Source of the DNA: an uncultured Spirochaetota bacterium
GTDB taxonomy: Bacteria; Spirochaetota; UBA4802; UBA5550
Assembly (NCBI GenBank): GCA_963827275.1
Contig: CAWHAA010000004.1
Location: forward strand, 256,001-320,000
Length of the DNA stretch: 64,000 nucleotides
Reading direction: 5' to 3'
Positions 39,820-50,706 of the stretch are shown here, piece after piece. How positions within the stretch are numbered: the stretch's first letter is position 1; every line of letters begins with the position of its first letter. The notes under the pieces are model-generated. The model had not been told where the DNA came from, did no database searches, and was given only the letters and a program-made list of their open reading frames with translations. The position numbers and the translations under genes were made by a program.

Positions 39820-41778
39820 ATGAGCAAGATTATAGGAATAGATTTAGGGACCACGAACTCGTGCGTGGCGATCATGTCGGGCGGCGATCCCGCGGTAATT
39901 CAGAACGCCGAGGGACAGCGGACGACCCCGTCAATCGTGGCGTATACCGACAAGGACGAGCGGCTGGTCGGACAGGTGGCAAAAAACCAGATTATCACGA
40001 ACCCGGTCAACACCATACGGTCCATCAAGCGGTTCATGGGCAGGAAATACAATGAGATCAGCGAAGAGATCCACACGGTACCCTACCAGGTCGTGGAAGA
40101 CGGGAAGGGCGTCAAGGTGCGGACGGCGGCGGGTGATTTCACCCCCCAGGAGATATCGGCCAGGATTCTTCAGAAGATGAAGCAGACCGCGGAGGATTTC
40201 CTCGGCGAGAAGGTCACGAAGGCCGTCATAACGGTGCCGGCGTATTTCAACGACGAGCAGCGCCAGGCGACCAAGGACGCGGGCCGCATCGCGGGCCTGG
40301 AGGTGGAGCGCATCATCAACGAGCCGACCGCAGCGGCGCTTGCCTACGGCCTTGACAAGAAGGGCAAGAAGAACGAAAAGGTGGCGGTGTACGACCTGGG
40401 CGGCGGCACCTTCGACATCTCCATCCTTGAGCTCGGGGACGGCGTATTCGAGGTGAAGTCGACCAACGGGAACACGCACCTTGGCGGCGATGACTTCGAC
40501 CAGCGCATCATCGAGTGGCTGATACTGGAATTCAAGAAGCAGACCGGCATCGACGTGTCGAACGACAAGATGGCGCTCCAGCGTCTCAAGGAGGCGGCCG
40601 AAAAGGCGAAGATCGAGCTGTCGGGCAAGTCGCAGACCGAGGTGAACATACCGTTCCTGACCGCGGACCAGAGCGGGCCGCGGCACCTGCTCGTCACCCT
40701 CACCAGGGCGAAGCTCGAGCAGCTTATCGGCGACCTGGTCGAATCCACGCAGGGGCCCTGCAGGCAGGCGCTCGAGGACGCGGGGCTCACGCCGGGCGAT
40801 ATCGACGAGGTGCTTCTCGTCGGCGGCTCGACGCGCATCCCGGCCGTGCAGGAGCTGGTGAAGAAGATATTCGGCAGGGAGCCGAACAGGAGCGTGAACC
40901 CGGACGAGGTGGTGGCCATCGGCGCCGCGATACAGGGCGGCGTGCTCGCGGGCGATGTGCATGACGTGCTTCTCCTCGACGTGACCCCGCTGTCACTCGG
41001 CATCGAGACCCTCGGCGGCGTCATGACCAGGCTGATCGAACGGAACACGACGATCCCCACGCGGAAGAGCCAGGTCTTCACGACCGCGGAGGACAGCCAG
41101 CCGGCCGTGTCGGTGCACGTGCTGCAGGGCGAGAGGGAGCTGGCGGTTCACAACAGGACCCTGGGGAGGTTCGAGCTTACGGGCATCGCGCCCGCGCCGC
41201 GCGGCGTTCCCCAGATCGAGGTCAGCTTCGACATCGACGCGAACGGCATCGTCCACGTCTCGGCGAAGGACCTGGGCACCGGCAAGGAGCAGAAGATACG
41301 CATCGAGTCTTCGGGCGGCGTCAGCGAGGATGAGATCAGGCGGATGGTGAAGGACGCGGAGTCGCACTCCGAGGAGGACCGGAAGGAGCGCGAGCTGATC
41401 GAGGCCCGCAACGAGGCGGATACGCTGGCCTACTCCACGGAGAGGATGCTCCGTGAAAACGGGGCGGCGCTCTCTCCGGAGGACCGCGGGAAGATCGAGT
41501 CCGCTGTTTCCGAACTGAAACGCGCGAAGGAAGGAAGCGACGTGAACGCGATCAGGACGGCGCGGGCCGGCCTGGAGCGGGCAGCGCAGGAGGCCGGAAG
41601 CAGGCTCTACAAGAACGCGGGCGGCCCGCAGGCGGGCGCACAGGGCCCGGGCCCGGAGCCCCGCCGCGCAGATCCGGAACAGGACGGCGGTTCGCCGCAC
41701 GCGGCCGGACAGGGCAGCGGCGAAAAAGTCTATGACGCCGAGTATGAGGTCATGGACGATGAGCGGAAAGCCGGATAA
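39820..41778 (+). CDS. dnaK: Molecular chaperone DnaK
   Basis: [25 protein letters not shown] and [11 protein letters not shown]. Confidence 0.98.
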   Translation: MSKIIGIDLGTTNSCVAIMSGGDPAVIQNAEGQRTTPSIVAYTDKDERLVGQVAKNQIITNPVNTIRSIKRFMGRKYNEISEEIHTVPYQVVEDGKGVKVRTAAGDFTPQEISARILQKMKQTAEDFLGEKVTKAVITVPAYFNDEQRQATKDAGRIAGLEVERIINEPTAAALAYGLDKKGKKNEKVAVYDLGGGTFDISILELGDGVFEVKSTNGNTHLGGDDFDQRIIEWLILEFKKQTGIDVSNDKMALQRLKEAAEKAKIELSGKSQTEVNIPFLTADQSGPRHLLVTLTRAKLEQLIGDLVESTQGPCRQALEDAGLTPGDIDEVLLVGGSTRIPAVQELVKKIFGREPNRSVNPDEVVAIGAAIQGGVLAGDVHDVLLLDVTPLSLGIETLGGVMTRLIERNTTIPTRKSQVFTTAEDSQPAVSVHVLQGERELAVHNRTLGRFELTGIAPAPRGVPQIEVSFDIDANGIVHVSAKDLGTGKEQKIRIESSGGVSEDEIRRMVKDAESHSEEDRKERELIEARNEADTLAYSTERMLRENGAALSPEDRGKIESAVSELKRAKEGSDVNAIRTARAGLERAAQEAGSRLYKNAGGPQAGAQGPGPEPRRADPEQDGGSPHAAGQGSGEKVYDAEYEVMDDERKAG

Positions 41779-41806
41779 TATAGATGTACGGGATCCTTTA
41801 ACCAGG

Positions 41807-41840
41807 GGCCCGCGGACCAGACCGCGGGCCTTTTTATTTT
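41807..41840 (+). terminator. Rho-independent terminator after dnaK
   Basis: GGCCCGCGG-ACCAGA-CCGCGGGCC-TTTTTATTTT. Confidence 0.85.
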
Positions 41841-41947
41841 CCCGGTTTTTTCTACTTGCCAAAATTACCCGCATTATGTCTAATAACATGGGGAAGCGTT
41901 TATTACAGAGCCTGTTTTCGCGGCTCTGTTTTTATGGGTGGACATAT

Positions 41948-42892
41948 ATGAGCATGAAAAAGTCACTACTGGCGCTGTTCATCATCCCGGCGCTCCTCGC
42001 ATGCCGCGAGGAGAAGCCGGGCGATCAGGACGGCCTGCGCGCGCTTTCGATCGAGCACGGCGGCAGGACGCGTGAATGCCTTCTCCACGTTCCCGCACGG
42101 GTCCCGTCGTCACCCGCACCGCTGCTCATCGTGCTTCACGGCGCTGGCGGCACCGCGAAGGGATTGGTCAAGCTCACGAAGAACAGGTTCAATGAGCTTT
42201 CTGACGCCGCGGGCTTTTACGCCGCATACCCGACAGGCCTCGGAAAAAGCTGGAACAACTTCGGGGGCAATGCGTCCGGGTATGCCCAGCGCGAGAACAT
42301 CGACGACTCGGGTTTTATCTCGGCGTTGATTGACCGGCTCGCCGCCTCGTATCCGATAGACAGGGGCCGCATATTCGCCGCCGGCCTCTCGAACGGCGGT
42401 TTTATGTGCTACCGTCTGGCCTGCGAGCTCTCCGGGAAGATCCGCGGCATTGCCGCAATCGCCGCCACGAATCCGGTTGGCCAAAAGGAGCGGTGCCGGC
42501 CGTCCCGGCCGGTGAGCGTGATGATTATCAACGGTACGGACGACCCGATCGTGCCCTACAACGGCGGCGAGGTTTCCCTCCTCGGCAGATCGCGCGGCCG
42601 TATAACATCGACCGACGACACGGTGACGGACTGGGCGGGGATAGACGCGTGCCCGGAGAGCAGAGAGCTGGTTGAGCTGCCGGACAGCGATACCGCGGAC
42701 GGCACCAGGGTAACGCGGCTATCCATCGGCCCCTGCGGCGGGGGATCGCGGGTGGTGCTGCTCAGGGTTGCCGGCGGCGGGCACACGTGGCCCGGCGGCG
42801 TGTCCTACCTGCCGAAAACGTTCATCGGCAGGACCTCGCGTGACATCAATGCCTGCGACGAGATATGGAATTTTTTCAGCACCGTGCGGTAA
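41948..42892 (+). CDS. PHB depolymerase/LpqC-family esterase lipoprotein
   Basis: Lipobox LLA-C; VLHGAGG, GLSNGG, GTDDPIVP and GGGHTWPG. Confidence 0.9.
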   Translation: MSMKKSLLALFIIPALLACREEKPGDQDGLRALSIEHGGRTRECLLHVPARVPSSPAPLLIVLHGAGGTAKGLVKLTKNRFNELSDAAGFYAAYPTGLGKSWNNFGGNASGYAQRENIDDSGFISALIDRLAASYPIDRGRIFAAGLSNGGFMCYRLACELSGKIRGIAAIAATNPVGQKERCRPSRPVSVMIINGTDDPIVPYNGGEVSLLGRSRGRITSTDDTVTDWAGIDACPESRELVELPDSDTADGTRVTRLSIGPCGGGSRVVLLRVAGGGHTWPGGVSYLPKTFIGRTSRDINACDEIWNFFSTVR

Positions 42893-42964
42893 GTCCGGCG
42901 GGGAAAACGGCGAAAAAGCGCAGCAGGTCGATACAGTGAAACTATAGGGGAAGGGGAGCTGTTT

Positions 42965-43411
42965 TTGATAGTACTATTTCTCTTGCTCGTGTTATGCATT
43001 TCCATCATCTTTCACATCTATTACCTGCTCCGGTATGTCAGGATCAGGACACAATCCTACCTGAGAAAATATATCAACACGGCGGTCGTCAACCTCGTGT
43101 CAGCGGGGATCTGCGTCATCATCGCCATATTCAGGCCCCAGGACATTGCGAAGATACGGGGCCCGCTGCTGATGTGGATGCTGTCCGGCGTCCTCATGAT
43201 CATGACCATTGCGCTCCAGGTGTCGATCTTCATCCGGTTGTACCGGAAGTCGAAGCTGCCCGAGCACTATCATTATAACTTTTTCGGGAAGAAGGTGCTC
43301 CACTCGTCAGTGGCGCACCCGATGGAGATAGCCCTCTTTTTTTCCTCGATCCCCATGTGTCTGGTCGCCGGCGCGTATTTCGTGGCCCGCTTTATCCGGT
43401 TTTTCCTCTGA
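42965..43411 (+). CDS. Hypothetical membrane protein (about 4 TM)
   Basis: Hydrophobic helices; GGGGAG before TTG start. Confidence 0.7.
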   Translation: MIVLFLLLVLCISIIFHIYYLLRYVRIRTQSYLRKYINTAVVNLVSAGICVIIAIFRPQDIAKIRGPLLMWMLSGVLMIMTIALQVSIFIRLYRKSKLPEHYHYNFFGKKVLHSSVAHPMEIALFFSSIPMCLVAGAYFVARFIRFFL

Positions 43412-43464
43412 GCCCGCGGCAAAAAATCATTGATCGCCCGGTCTTCCCGCGCTACGGTGGCGGC

Positions 43465-44349
43465 ATGTACGATGAGACCTACGATGATGCCGGCATTGTC
43501 AGCGACTTCAGGGCCCGGTACGACGCGCGCATCCCCATGGACCGGGGCGCCGCGGTGCGGCGATTCAGGTCGATCATTTACGGATACTACCGGAAACACA
43601 GACGTGAGTTCCCCTGGCGGGACACGGACGATCCCTACCGGATACTTGTTTCCGAGATAATGCTCCAGCAGACGCAGACAGCGCGGGTCGCGGAAAAGTT
43701 CGTCGAGTTTGTCGATGCCTTCCCCACGGTAGAGGCGCTCGCCACCGCTCCGCTGCGCGAGGTGCTGACGGTCTGGCAGGGGATGGGGTACAACCGCCGC
43801 GCCCGCTATCTCCATGAGCTGGCGGGCAGGATCGTCGCCGCGTACGGCGGGGCGGTCCCTGATTCGCCCGAAGAGCTTTCCAAGCTCCCGGGCATCGGCA
43901 GCGCTACCGCCGCGTCCATCTGCGCCTTCGCCTTCAACCGGCCGGTGGTATTCATCGAGACCAACATACGCGCGGTATTTATTCATTTCTTTTTCCACGG
44001 CGAGGAGGGGGTCAGCGACCGGGATATCCTTCCCCTGGCCGAGGCGGCGCTTGACCGAAAGCATCCGCACCGCTGGTATTCGGCGCTCATGGATTATGGC
44101 GCGATGCTGAAGAAGCGGCACCCCAACCCGTCACGGAAAAGCGCGCACCATAAAAAACAGAAGCCGTTCACCGGGTCGCGGCGGGAGCTCCGCGGGGAAG
44201 CGCTCAGGGCCATCCTCGAACGGCCCGGGATCACGCTACTGCGTCTGGCATCGGCGGTCCGGAGGCCCGAAGGGGAGGTCGCCTCCGTGGTCGAAGAGCT
44301 GGTCCGCGAGGGGCTGATAAAAAAGGCGGGAAAGAAACTTTCTGTCTGA
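43465..44349 (+). CDS. mutY: MutY-like HhH-GPD adenine glycosylase lacking the Fe-S cysteines
   Basis: PWR, SEIMLQQT, WQGMGYNRRA, LPGIG and ALMDYG. Confidence 0.85.
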   Translation: MYDETYDDAGIVSDFRARYDARIPMDRGAAVRRFRSIIYGYYRKHRREFPWRDTDDPYRILVSEIMLQQTQTARVAEKFVEFVDAFPTVEALATAPLREVLTVWQGMGYNRRARYLHELAGRIVAAYGGAVPDSPEELSKLPGIGSATAASICAFAFNRPVVFIETNIRAVFIHFFFHGEEGVSDRDILPLAEAALDRKHPHRWYSALMDYGAMLKKRHPNPSRKSAHHKKQKPFTGSRRELRGEALRAILERPGITLLRLASAVRRPEGEVASVVEELVREGLIKKAGKKLSV

Positions 44350-44366
44350 CGGGAAGCGCGCGACCG

Positions 44367-44870
44367 TCACTTGTAGGTGACGGTGATGACCTCGTCGAGG
44401 CCCTCGCTCTTTTCCGGGAGCTCTATCCTGTGATGGAGCTTGTAGATGACTTCCTGGGGCGCGGGGTTCTCGTTTTTCGCGTTGCGCTCGAGGCACTCCT
44501 CGAGCGGCCGGTTCAGGAATATCGCCCCCACCGTCTTTTTCGACTGGCGCGCCATGTCAATGAACGGCTGGCGGGACCTTTTCGTGGCAAAGGTGTTGAT
44601 GATGAGGACCTTCTTCTTTGTATGGAGGAGCTGCTCCACCGTCTTCCGCTCAATATGCTTGACCAGTGCGTCGTCCTCCTCGGTGAAATTTTCCGCTCTC
44701 CAGCGGTCTCCGAAGTGGGTCATCTCATAGATGTATCTGCGTATATCGGAGCGGCTGACGCGGCTGCGCTCTTTTTCCTTGAAGTATTTGACGGCGAACT
44801 CCGACTTCCCGGAACCGTACAGGCCGCATACAAGGATAATGTCGAGATAATCTATCTTGGCAAGGTCCAT
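44367..44870 (-). CDS. P-loop kinase (AAA_33/PNK-like)
   Basis: LVCGLYGSGKS and PLEECLERN. Confidence 0.85.
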   Translation of the reverse strand: MDLAKIDYLDIILVCGLYGSGKSEFAVKYFKEKERSRVSRSDIRRYIYEMTHFGDRWRAENFTEEDDALVKHIERKTVEQLLHTKKKVLIINTFATKRSRQPFIDMARQSKKTVGAIFLNRPLEECLERNAKNENPAPQEVIYKLHHRIELPEKSEGLDEVITVTYK

Positions 44871-45036
44871 GGCAATCTCCTTTTGAAAAATATATGATAC
44901 TATTCCAATAATGTCAATAACTATAATCACCGGGCACCGCAGTAATGATCAGTAATCTTCGGTGCCGGCCCGTCGTCTTTTTTCATTGACTAAATTCATG
45001 CGATGGGGTATCTTTCGTTTGATACAGATACAGTCG

Positions 45037-47268
45037 ATGAAAAAGAGACGAACCCGCCATATTCTGAAGAAAGCATCGCGGATCGGGATATTTACGATAG
45101 CAGGCATCGTGCTTGGGCTGATCGTACATTATTCCCTCGTGCAGATGGAAAAAATTGCGCCGCATATCCCGGTGCGGGATGTGTCTGCCGTGGTAACGGA
45201 TGCCGCCGCAGACGTGGTCGCTCAGTTCCCGCCTTCCATGCCGGTCAATGTCAGGTCCTTTAAAGAAAGAACATCCCTTGAAGGACCGTGGAAAATATTT
45301 CTCGGCGATGACAGTGGATACGCGTCTCCCGGGTACGATGATTCCGCATGGGACACGGTACGGTTACCCGGCTCTTTGATGAGGTATATATTCAAAAAGA
45401 AGGGGTTCCTTACCGGCGAGGTGGACGGCGTTCTCTGGATCAGGAAAACGATCGCTATCGGCAGCGACCTTTCCCGCGAGGACATCGGCTTGATCCTGGG
45501 AAGGATCGCCAACGCGGACGAGACCTTTGTCAACGGGGTTAAGGTCGGCGGCATGGGCGCGTTCCCGCCGCGCGAATTTTCGATGTGGAACCATCCCCGG
45601 TACTACCAGGTTTCACGGTCATTGATACGCTATGGCGGGAACAATGTCATAGCGGTGCGGATATGGTACCACACCTTCGGGGAATTAATGGATGTCCCCG
45701 CCGTGACGGGCCTCAGCGACTGGCAGGTCAGCAGAACGCTGTCGAATTTTTTTATTATCACGCTCGACTATATCATTATCGCCATGGGCCTCCCGATCTT
45801 TCTCATTTTCCTGGTGTTCTATTTAAGAAGGAAAATCTCGAAGGAATACCTCGTTTACAGTTTTCAGCTCCTGTTTGGTCTCGTGATCATCATGGAATTA
45901 TGCAATTACTGGAACGTATATGGAGACAATCTTAACCGGGTAAAGGTGCTTATCTACTCCTGGGCCGCCATCAATGTCATGCACCCTGTTTTTCTCCACC
46001 GGTTTTACAATCTGGAAAGGAAAAAAACCGAAACTATGCTCTGGATCCTTTTTGCGATGGTCATTTTTCTCGGGATATTTTTCACGGATACGGCGTGGGT
46101 CCGGCCGCACGGGGGCTTTGGTATTTCAGCCCTGGTAATGGTAGGCTTTTATAACTTTTCATGCCATATTTCAGCCCTGTATAAAAAGAAGCCCTACGCG
46201 AAGCTTTTCGCTTTTTTCGGGAGCACCGTAGTGATCGGGGCGATACATGACGGGTTCTGCTACCTGTTCAAGATAATCGGCTATTATCCGGATTTCGGCG
46301 TACTGTTCAAGTTCATGATATTTCCCGCTACCGCGTTCGTCCTGTACATGGGAACGACCCTGGTAATGGTTTCGCGTATCATCAGCGGGATGGACGAGCT
46401 TAACGACTTGAACGAGAACCTCGAGGAAAAGGTGCGCAACCGTACGAATGAGCTCCATGCCGCTATGGAGGAGATGGAATCCATGAACGACCAGTTGACG
46501 AAAACGCGGGACGCTCTCTGGGGCGAGATGATGCTGGCGAAAAAAATCCAGACGATCCTCCTGCCGCAGAAGCCGGTAATAGAAGGATTCGAGATAACCG
46601 CGGTGATGCTCCCCGCTGAGAATGTGGGGGGCGACTATTACGACATTATCAATGCCGGCGGAAGGTCGTGGCTCGTTATCGGCGATGTGGCGGGCCACGG
46701 CGTTCCCGCGGGCATCATCATGATGATGGTGCAGACATCGATTCATACCGCCGTCATACAGAACCCCGACCTGTCGCCCGCGGAGCTGCTCTCGGTCATT
46801 AATCGCGCCATTACCGGGAACATACGGCAGCTCCATGAAGATACCTACGTCACCATAACCGTGTTTGCCGTGTTTGCCGGCGGGCAGCTCACTTTTTCCG
46901 GGCTCCACCAGGATATCATGGTGTACCGCGCCGGAAGCGGGACGGTGGAGGTCATTGAAACCGACGGCATCCTGATCGGCCTGAAATATGATATCGACGC
47001 CATGATCGGGAATTCGAATCTGGTGCTGGCCCCCGGGGATTGCCTGCTGGTATATACCGACGGTATCACGGAAGCCTGGAAGAAGGGATCGGTCAGTGGA
47101 ATGCGCAATCCCGAGACCGACATGTACGGGGAGGAGATGCTCCGCACGGTCTTCATGAAAACGGGCGGCCGTTCCACCGAAGAGATAAAGAAGGCGATTC
47201 TCGACTCCCTCTCTGGATATGACTGTACGGATGACGTGACCATGGTAGTCGTGAAACGACTTCCGTAA
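45037..47268 (+). CDS. SpoIIE/RsbU PP2C phosphatase with extracytoplasmic sugar-binding-like domain and multi-TM region
   Basis: SLEGPWK...DETFVNG...NVIAVRI domain; about 7 TM; coiled coil; VGGDYYD, GDVAGHG, YTDGITEA and DDVT. Confidence 0.92.
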   Translation: MKKRRTRHILKKASRIGIFTIAGIVLGLIVHYSLVQMEKIAPHIPVRDVSAVVTDAAADVVAQFPPSMPVNVRSFKERTSLEGPWKIFLGDDSGYASPGYDDSAWDTVRLPGSLMRYIFKKKGFLTGEVDGVLWIRKTIAIGSDLSREDIGLILGRIANADETFVNGVKVGGMGAFPPREFSMWNHPRYYQVSRSLIRYGGNNVIAVRIWYHTFGELMDVPAVTGLSDWQVSRTLSNFFIITLDYIIIAMGLPIFLIFLVFYLRRKISKEYLVYSFQLLFGLVIIMELCNYWNVYGDNLNRVKVLIYSWAAINVMHPVFLHRFYNLERKKTETMLWILFAMVIFLGIFFTDTAWVRPHGGFGISALVMVGFYNFSCHISALYKKKPYAKLFAFFGSTVVIGAIHDGFCYLFKIIGYYPDFGVLFKFMIFPATAFVLYMGTTLVMVSRIISGMDELNDLNENLEEKVRNRTNELHAAMEEMESMNDQLTKTRDALWGEMMLAKKIQTILLPQKPVIEGFEITAVMLPAENVGGDYYDIINAGGRSWLVIGDVAGHGVPAGIIMMMVQTSIHTAVIQNPDLSPAELLSVINRAITGNIRQLHEDTYVTITVFAVFAGGQLTFSGLHQDIMVYRAGSGTVEVIETDGILIGLKYDIDAMIGNSNLVLAPGDCLLVYTDGITEAWKKGSVSGMRNPETDMYGEEMLRTVFMKTGGRSTEEIKKAILDSLSGYDCTDDVTMVVVKRLP

Positions 47269-47418
47269 CGCGGGCGCCGGTGCATGACGTTTTCTGATTG
47301 ATCAGATTTTAGCAAGACAGAAGGCCCCGGATCTGTTATAAAACCATATCTCTGGCTCCATCTCGCAAGTGGTTCTGCCATTCAAACAGATAGAGAAAAT
47401 GGATGAGGGGAAAGGGAT

Positions 47419-47688
47419 ATGGAGAAATCGTCGGTGTGGAAATTCCCGCCTGTTGTCGATATCTGCCAGGTTTCGCTCTACCTGAGCGTCTTCAACAGGC
47501 TGTCTCACACGGAACAGATCGTCTTTGACATGAAGGAGATCGAAGAGATTCATTCGTCCTTCATCGGGTTCCTGGTCTTCTGCAAGGAGAGACTGGGAAC
47601 GGACGGCGGACAGCTTGTCCTGCAATTGTCTCCATACCTGGAGCAGACCCTCGGGTTTCTTGGAATGGGAGAATACCTGTCCGAATAG
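47419..47688 (+). CDS. Short STAS-domain protein
   Basis: IVFDMKEIEEIHSSFIGFL...GGQLVL. Confidence 0.75.
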   Translation: MEKSSVWKFPPVVDICQVSLYLSVFNRLSHTEQIVFDMKEIEEIHSSFIGFLVFCKERLGTDGGQLVLQLSPYLEQTLGFLGMGEYLSE

Positions 47689-47888
47689 TCCCTCCTGGCT
47701 CCGGTCAGCGAACCGGCGGTCCGTTCATGCGCGGCGTTGTATTGACCACAGGTGAATTTCCTTCAATTGACGCTTTGCGATGACAGCAGAAAAATGAGAA
47801 CGGCTGACCTGCTCCCGGTTATTCACTCGACGGATGCACGGCGGTTGCGTATAAACGGGAACCCATAGAACATAAAGGATGCTATCAG

Positions 47889-48830
47889 ATGATAATTAAA
47901 TGGATTAGGCGGTTCCTGGCCCTGCCGGCTTTCGGCATGCTGAATATACCCGTCGAAGAACTGAAAGAGCGGTATGGGACGGATGAAGACAGGTACCTCG
48001 AGTACAACGGGCTGCAGATACGGTACCGCGATGAGGGCAGGGGCCCGGCGCTGGTCTTGCTCCATGGCGTGTGCGCGTTCCTCGAGACCTGGGACGGCTG
48101 GGCCCGTGAACTGAAAAAGCATTTTCGGGTGATACGGCTCGATGTCCCGGGGTTCGGCCTGACCGGGCCCGCGCCGGACAGGAGCTACTATCAACGCGAG
48201 AACATGATCGCCGTCATGGATGGCCTTGTCTCGAAGCTGGGCCTGAAGACGTTCTCCATCATCGGCAATTCCCTGGGCGGTTATATCGGGTGGAACTACG
48301 CGCTCGAGCATCCTGACAAGGTGAATAAACTCATTCTCGTGGATCCGGTCGGATATTCCCAGAAATTGCCGTTTCTCCTTACGTTTGCCAGCAATCCGCT
48401 TGTACGCCCCTTTGCGCAAAGGGGCATGCCCCGTTTTTTTCTGTACAATGCGGTACAACAGGTGTATGGCGATACAACGAGGCTGACCCGCGAAGTCAAA
48501 AACCGTTATTTTGCGTATGCCATGCGGGCGGGAAATAAAAAATCATACGTGGACATTTTTCTGGAGATGAAAAAACAGAACAAGAACCCCTCCCTGTCGA
48601 AGGACATCCCCGGCATAACGGTCCCCACCCTTGTCATGTGGGGGAAAAAAGACCGGTGGATACCCTACAAGTATTTTGAAAGCTGGAAGAGGGACCTGCC
48701 GCAGGCACGGTTCATAGCCTATGAGGGCGCCGGTCATGTGCCGATGGAAGAGATCCCTGAAAAAACCGTGGCGGACGCAGTAGCGTTTCTTGCACACCAG
48801 TCACCGGGAAGGCCGGCCCCGGCCCGATGA
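47889..48830 (+). CDS. Alpha/beta hydrolase
   Basis: LLHG, DVPGFG, GNSLGG, WGKKD and GHVPMEE. Confidence 0.93.
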   Translation: MIIKWIRRFLALPAFGMLNIPVEELKERYGTDEDRYLEYNGLQIRYRDEGRGPALVLLHGVCAFLETWDGWARELKKHFRVIRLDVPGFGLTGPAPDRSYYQRENMIAVMDGLVSKLGLKTFSIIGNSLGGYIGWNYALEHPDKVNKLILVDPVGYSQKLPFLLTFASNPLVRPFAQRGMPRFFLYNAVQQVYGDTTRLTREVKNRYFAYAMRAGNKKSYVDIFLEMKKQNKNPSLSKDIPGITVPTLVMWGKKDRWIPYKYFESWKRDLPQARFIAYEGAGHVPMEEIPEKTVADAVAFLAHQSPGRPAPAR

Positions 48831-48856
48831 CAGGCAGGGGGCCGGAATCCGCCTGC

Positions 48857-49051
48857 CTATTGTTCTATTATGTCATATACCAGGTTGAAGCCGGCCATGC
48901 ACGCAAGGAGTGCCTTGAGCGGCATTCCCCTGGTCACGGAAATCATGTGATCGTTTTTTACTTCCCGGTATTCCCACGCGTTATTGTCAACCACGATGGA
49001 CCCTGAATATTCCATCGTGTCCATGTCGTAGAGTTTGATCTCCATATTCAT
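48857..49051 (-). CDS. Small hypothetical protein (64 aa)
   Basis: GAGGAA RBS before ATG; intact short ORF in otherwise non-coding space. Confidence 0.65.
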   Translation of the reverse strand: MNMEIKLYDMDTMEYSGSIVVDNNAWEYREVKNDHMISVTRGMPLKALLACMAGFNLVYDIIEQ

Positions 49052-49457
49052 TTATTCCTCGCTTGTATCATGCTGATGATCGCGCGGAGCGCCGGTTTGC
49101 GTCAATAAAAATATTTGTCGAACAGCCTCGTCCGGACCGCGGAGACCGGAACGATCCGTGGCCGCGTATTTTTATATACAAAATGTCTTTTTTATTAATT
49201 GGTATTTTACTTGACGCTTTGTATTTATCATAATAATTTACTAAAATATATGTTTTTATCCGTGGGGCGCGTGCCCCGCCGCGGTCTGCTGGTGATTGGT
49301 CGTATCGGAGATATGCGCGTCATGAACCGCTCACCGGGCCCCGATGTGCTGAGCGCCGGGCCGGAACGCGCAACAAAATGCGGTCAAATGCTAATTATTT
49401 GATTATCCGGCGTCGAAATTATAGTAATAGGAAAATTTATTACTGAAAGGTTCATGA

Positions 49458-50689
49458 ATGAAGAAATGGTCGATTACCGGCGGGACAGTACTAACACCAG
49501 AAAAAACCATAAAGAACGGCGTTATTCAGCTCGATAACGGAAAGTTCGGGAAGGTAGCCGCGGGGGCCGCCGGGGCGTACGGTGAACCTGGACGCGAAGA
49601 AATGCGTCATCGTCCCCGGGCTCATAAACGCGCACGACCATCTCCTTGGCACCTATCACCCGAAGATCGGGAACGGTCCCTATGTCAACTGGCTCCCCTG
49701 GGACAATGACCTGAAGAGCTCTCCCCTGTACGAGGAGCGGTGCCAGATAGAGAACCGCGATCTCTACCTCCTCGGCGCGTACCGCAACCTGGTCTCCGGG
49801 GTCACCCTTGTCTCCGACCACATGCCGCATTTTGTGGGAGACCCGTTCTATGACTCGCTTCCCACCAGGGCGGTCAGGAAGTTTGCCCTGGCGCATTCCG
49901 TAACCTCGTTCGCGCTGGCATGGGGCGACGGTATAACCGTTGAATACAAAAAGGCGGTCAAGGAGAACATCCCCTTCGTGACGCATATCGCCGAGGGCTT
50001 TGATGAAGAAACGAAGCAGGATATATCGGTCATCAACCGGCTCGGCGGTCTCGGCGACCATTCCGTGTTCGTGCACTGCATCGCATTTTCCGACGCAGAC
50101 CTGGACCTGGTGATAGAACGCGGCGCGTCCTGCGTCTGGTGCTGCGATTCCAACATGTTCATGTACGGCAAGACCCTTGACGCGAAGAAGTTCCTGAAAA
50201 AGGGCGTGAACCTCTGTATCGGCACCGACTCGTCCGCGACGGGGGGCGAAAACATCCTCTATGAAATGAAATATGACAAGATGATATACCACCGGCTGTA
50301 CGGCGATGAACTTTCAGACGAGATGATTTTGAAAATGGTCACGGTCAACCCGGCGAAGGCCTTCTGGAGGAAGGACCTTGGACGGATCGAGGAGGGCTGC
50401 ACCGCCGACCTCTGCGTCGTCAGGGACCGCGGCGGCTCGCCCGCGGGATCGGTGGTGAACGCGCACCTGCGCGACGTGATGCTGGTGGTCATCGACGGCA
50501 TGCCGGTGTACGGCGACGCCGCATACGCCGACGTATTCGATGAGCTCGGCGTCGCGTACCGCCGCGATTGAGATGGACGGGGTGAGCAAGGTGATCATCG
50601 GCGATCCGGAAGGGATGCTGAGGAGAATCAGCAGGGCGGTCGGGTTCAAAAAGGAATTCCCGTTCCTTCCGATCGATTTTGATATTTAG
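49458..50689 (+). CDS. Amidohydrolase superfamily (deaminase-like) protein; frameshifts near 49570 and 50565
   Basis: PGLINAHDH, HIAEG, VHC, GTDS and NPAKA; N-terminus MKKWSITGGTV and C-terminus KEFPFLPIDFDI lie in other frames. Confidence 0.85.
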
Positions 50690-50706
50690 TACACGGGGGT
50701 CGCGCG

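Noticed and set aside
49240..49457. Known riboswitch in the amidohydrolase leader
   Set aside because: GC-rich and possibly structured, but no purine, SAM, TPP, cobalamin or c-di-GMP consensus could be recognised by eye
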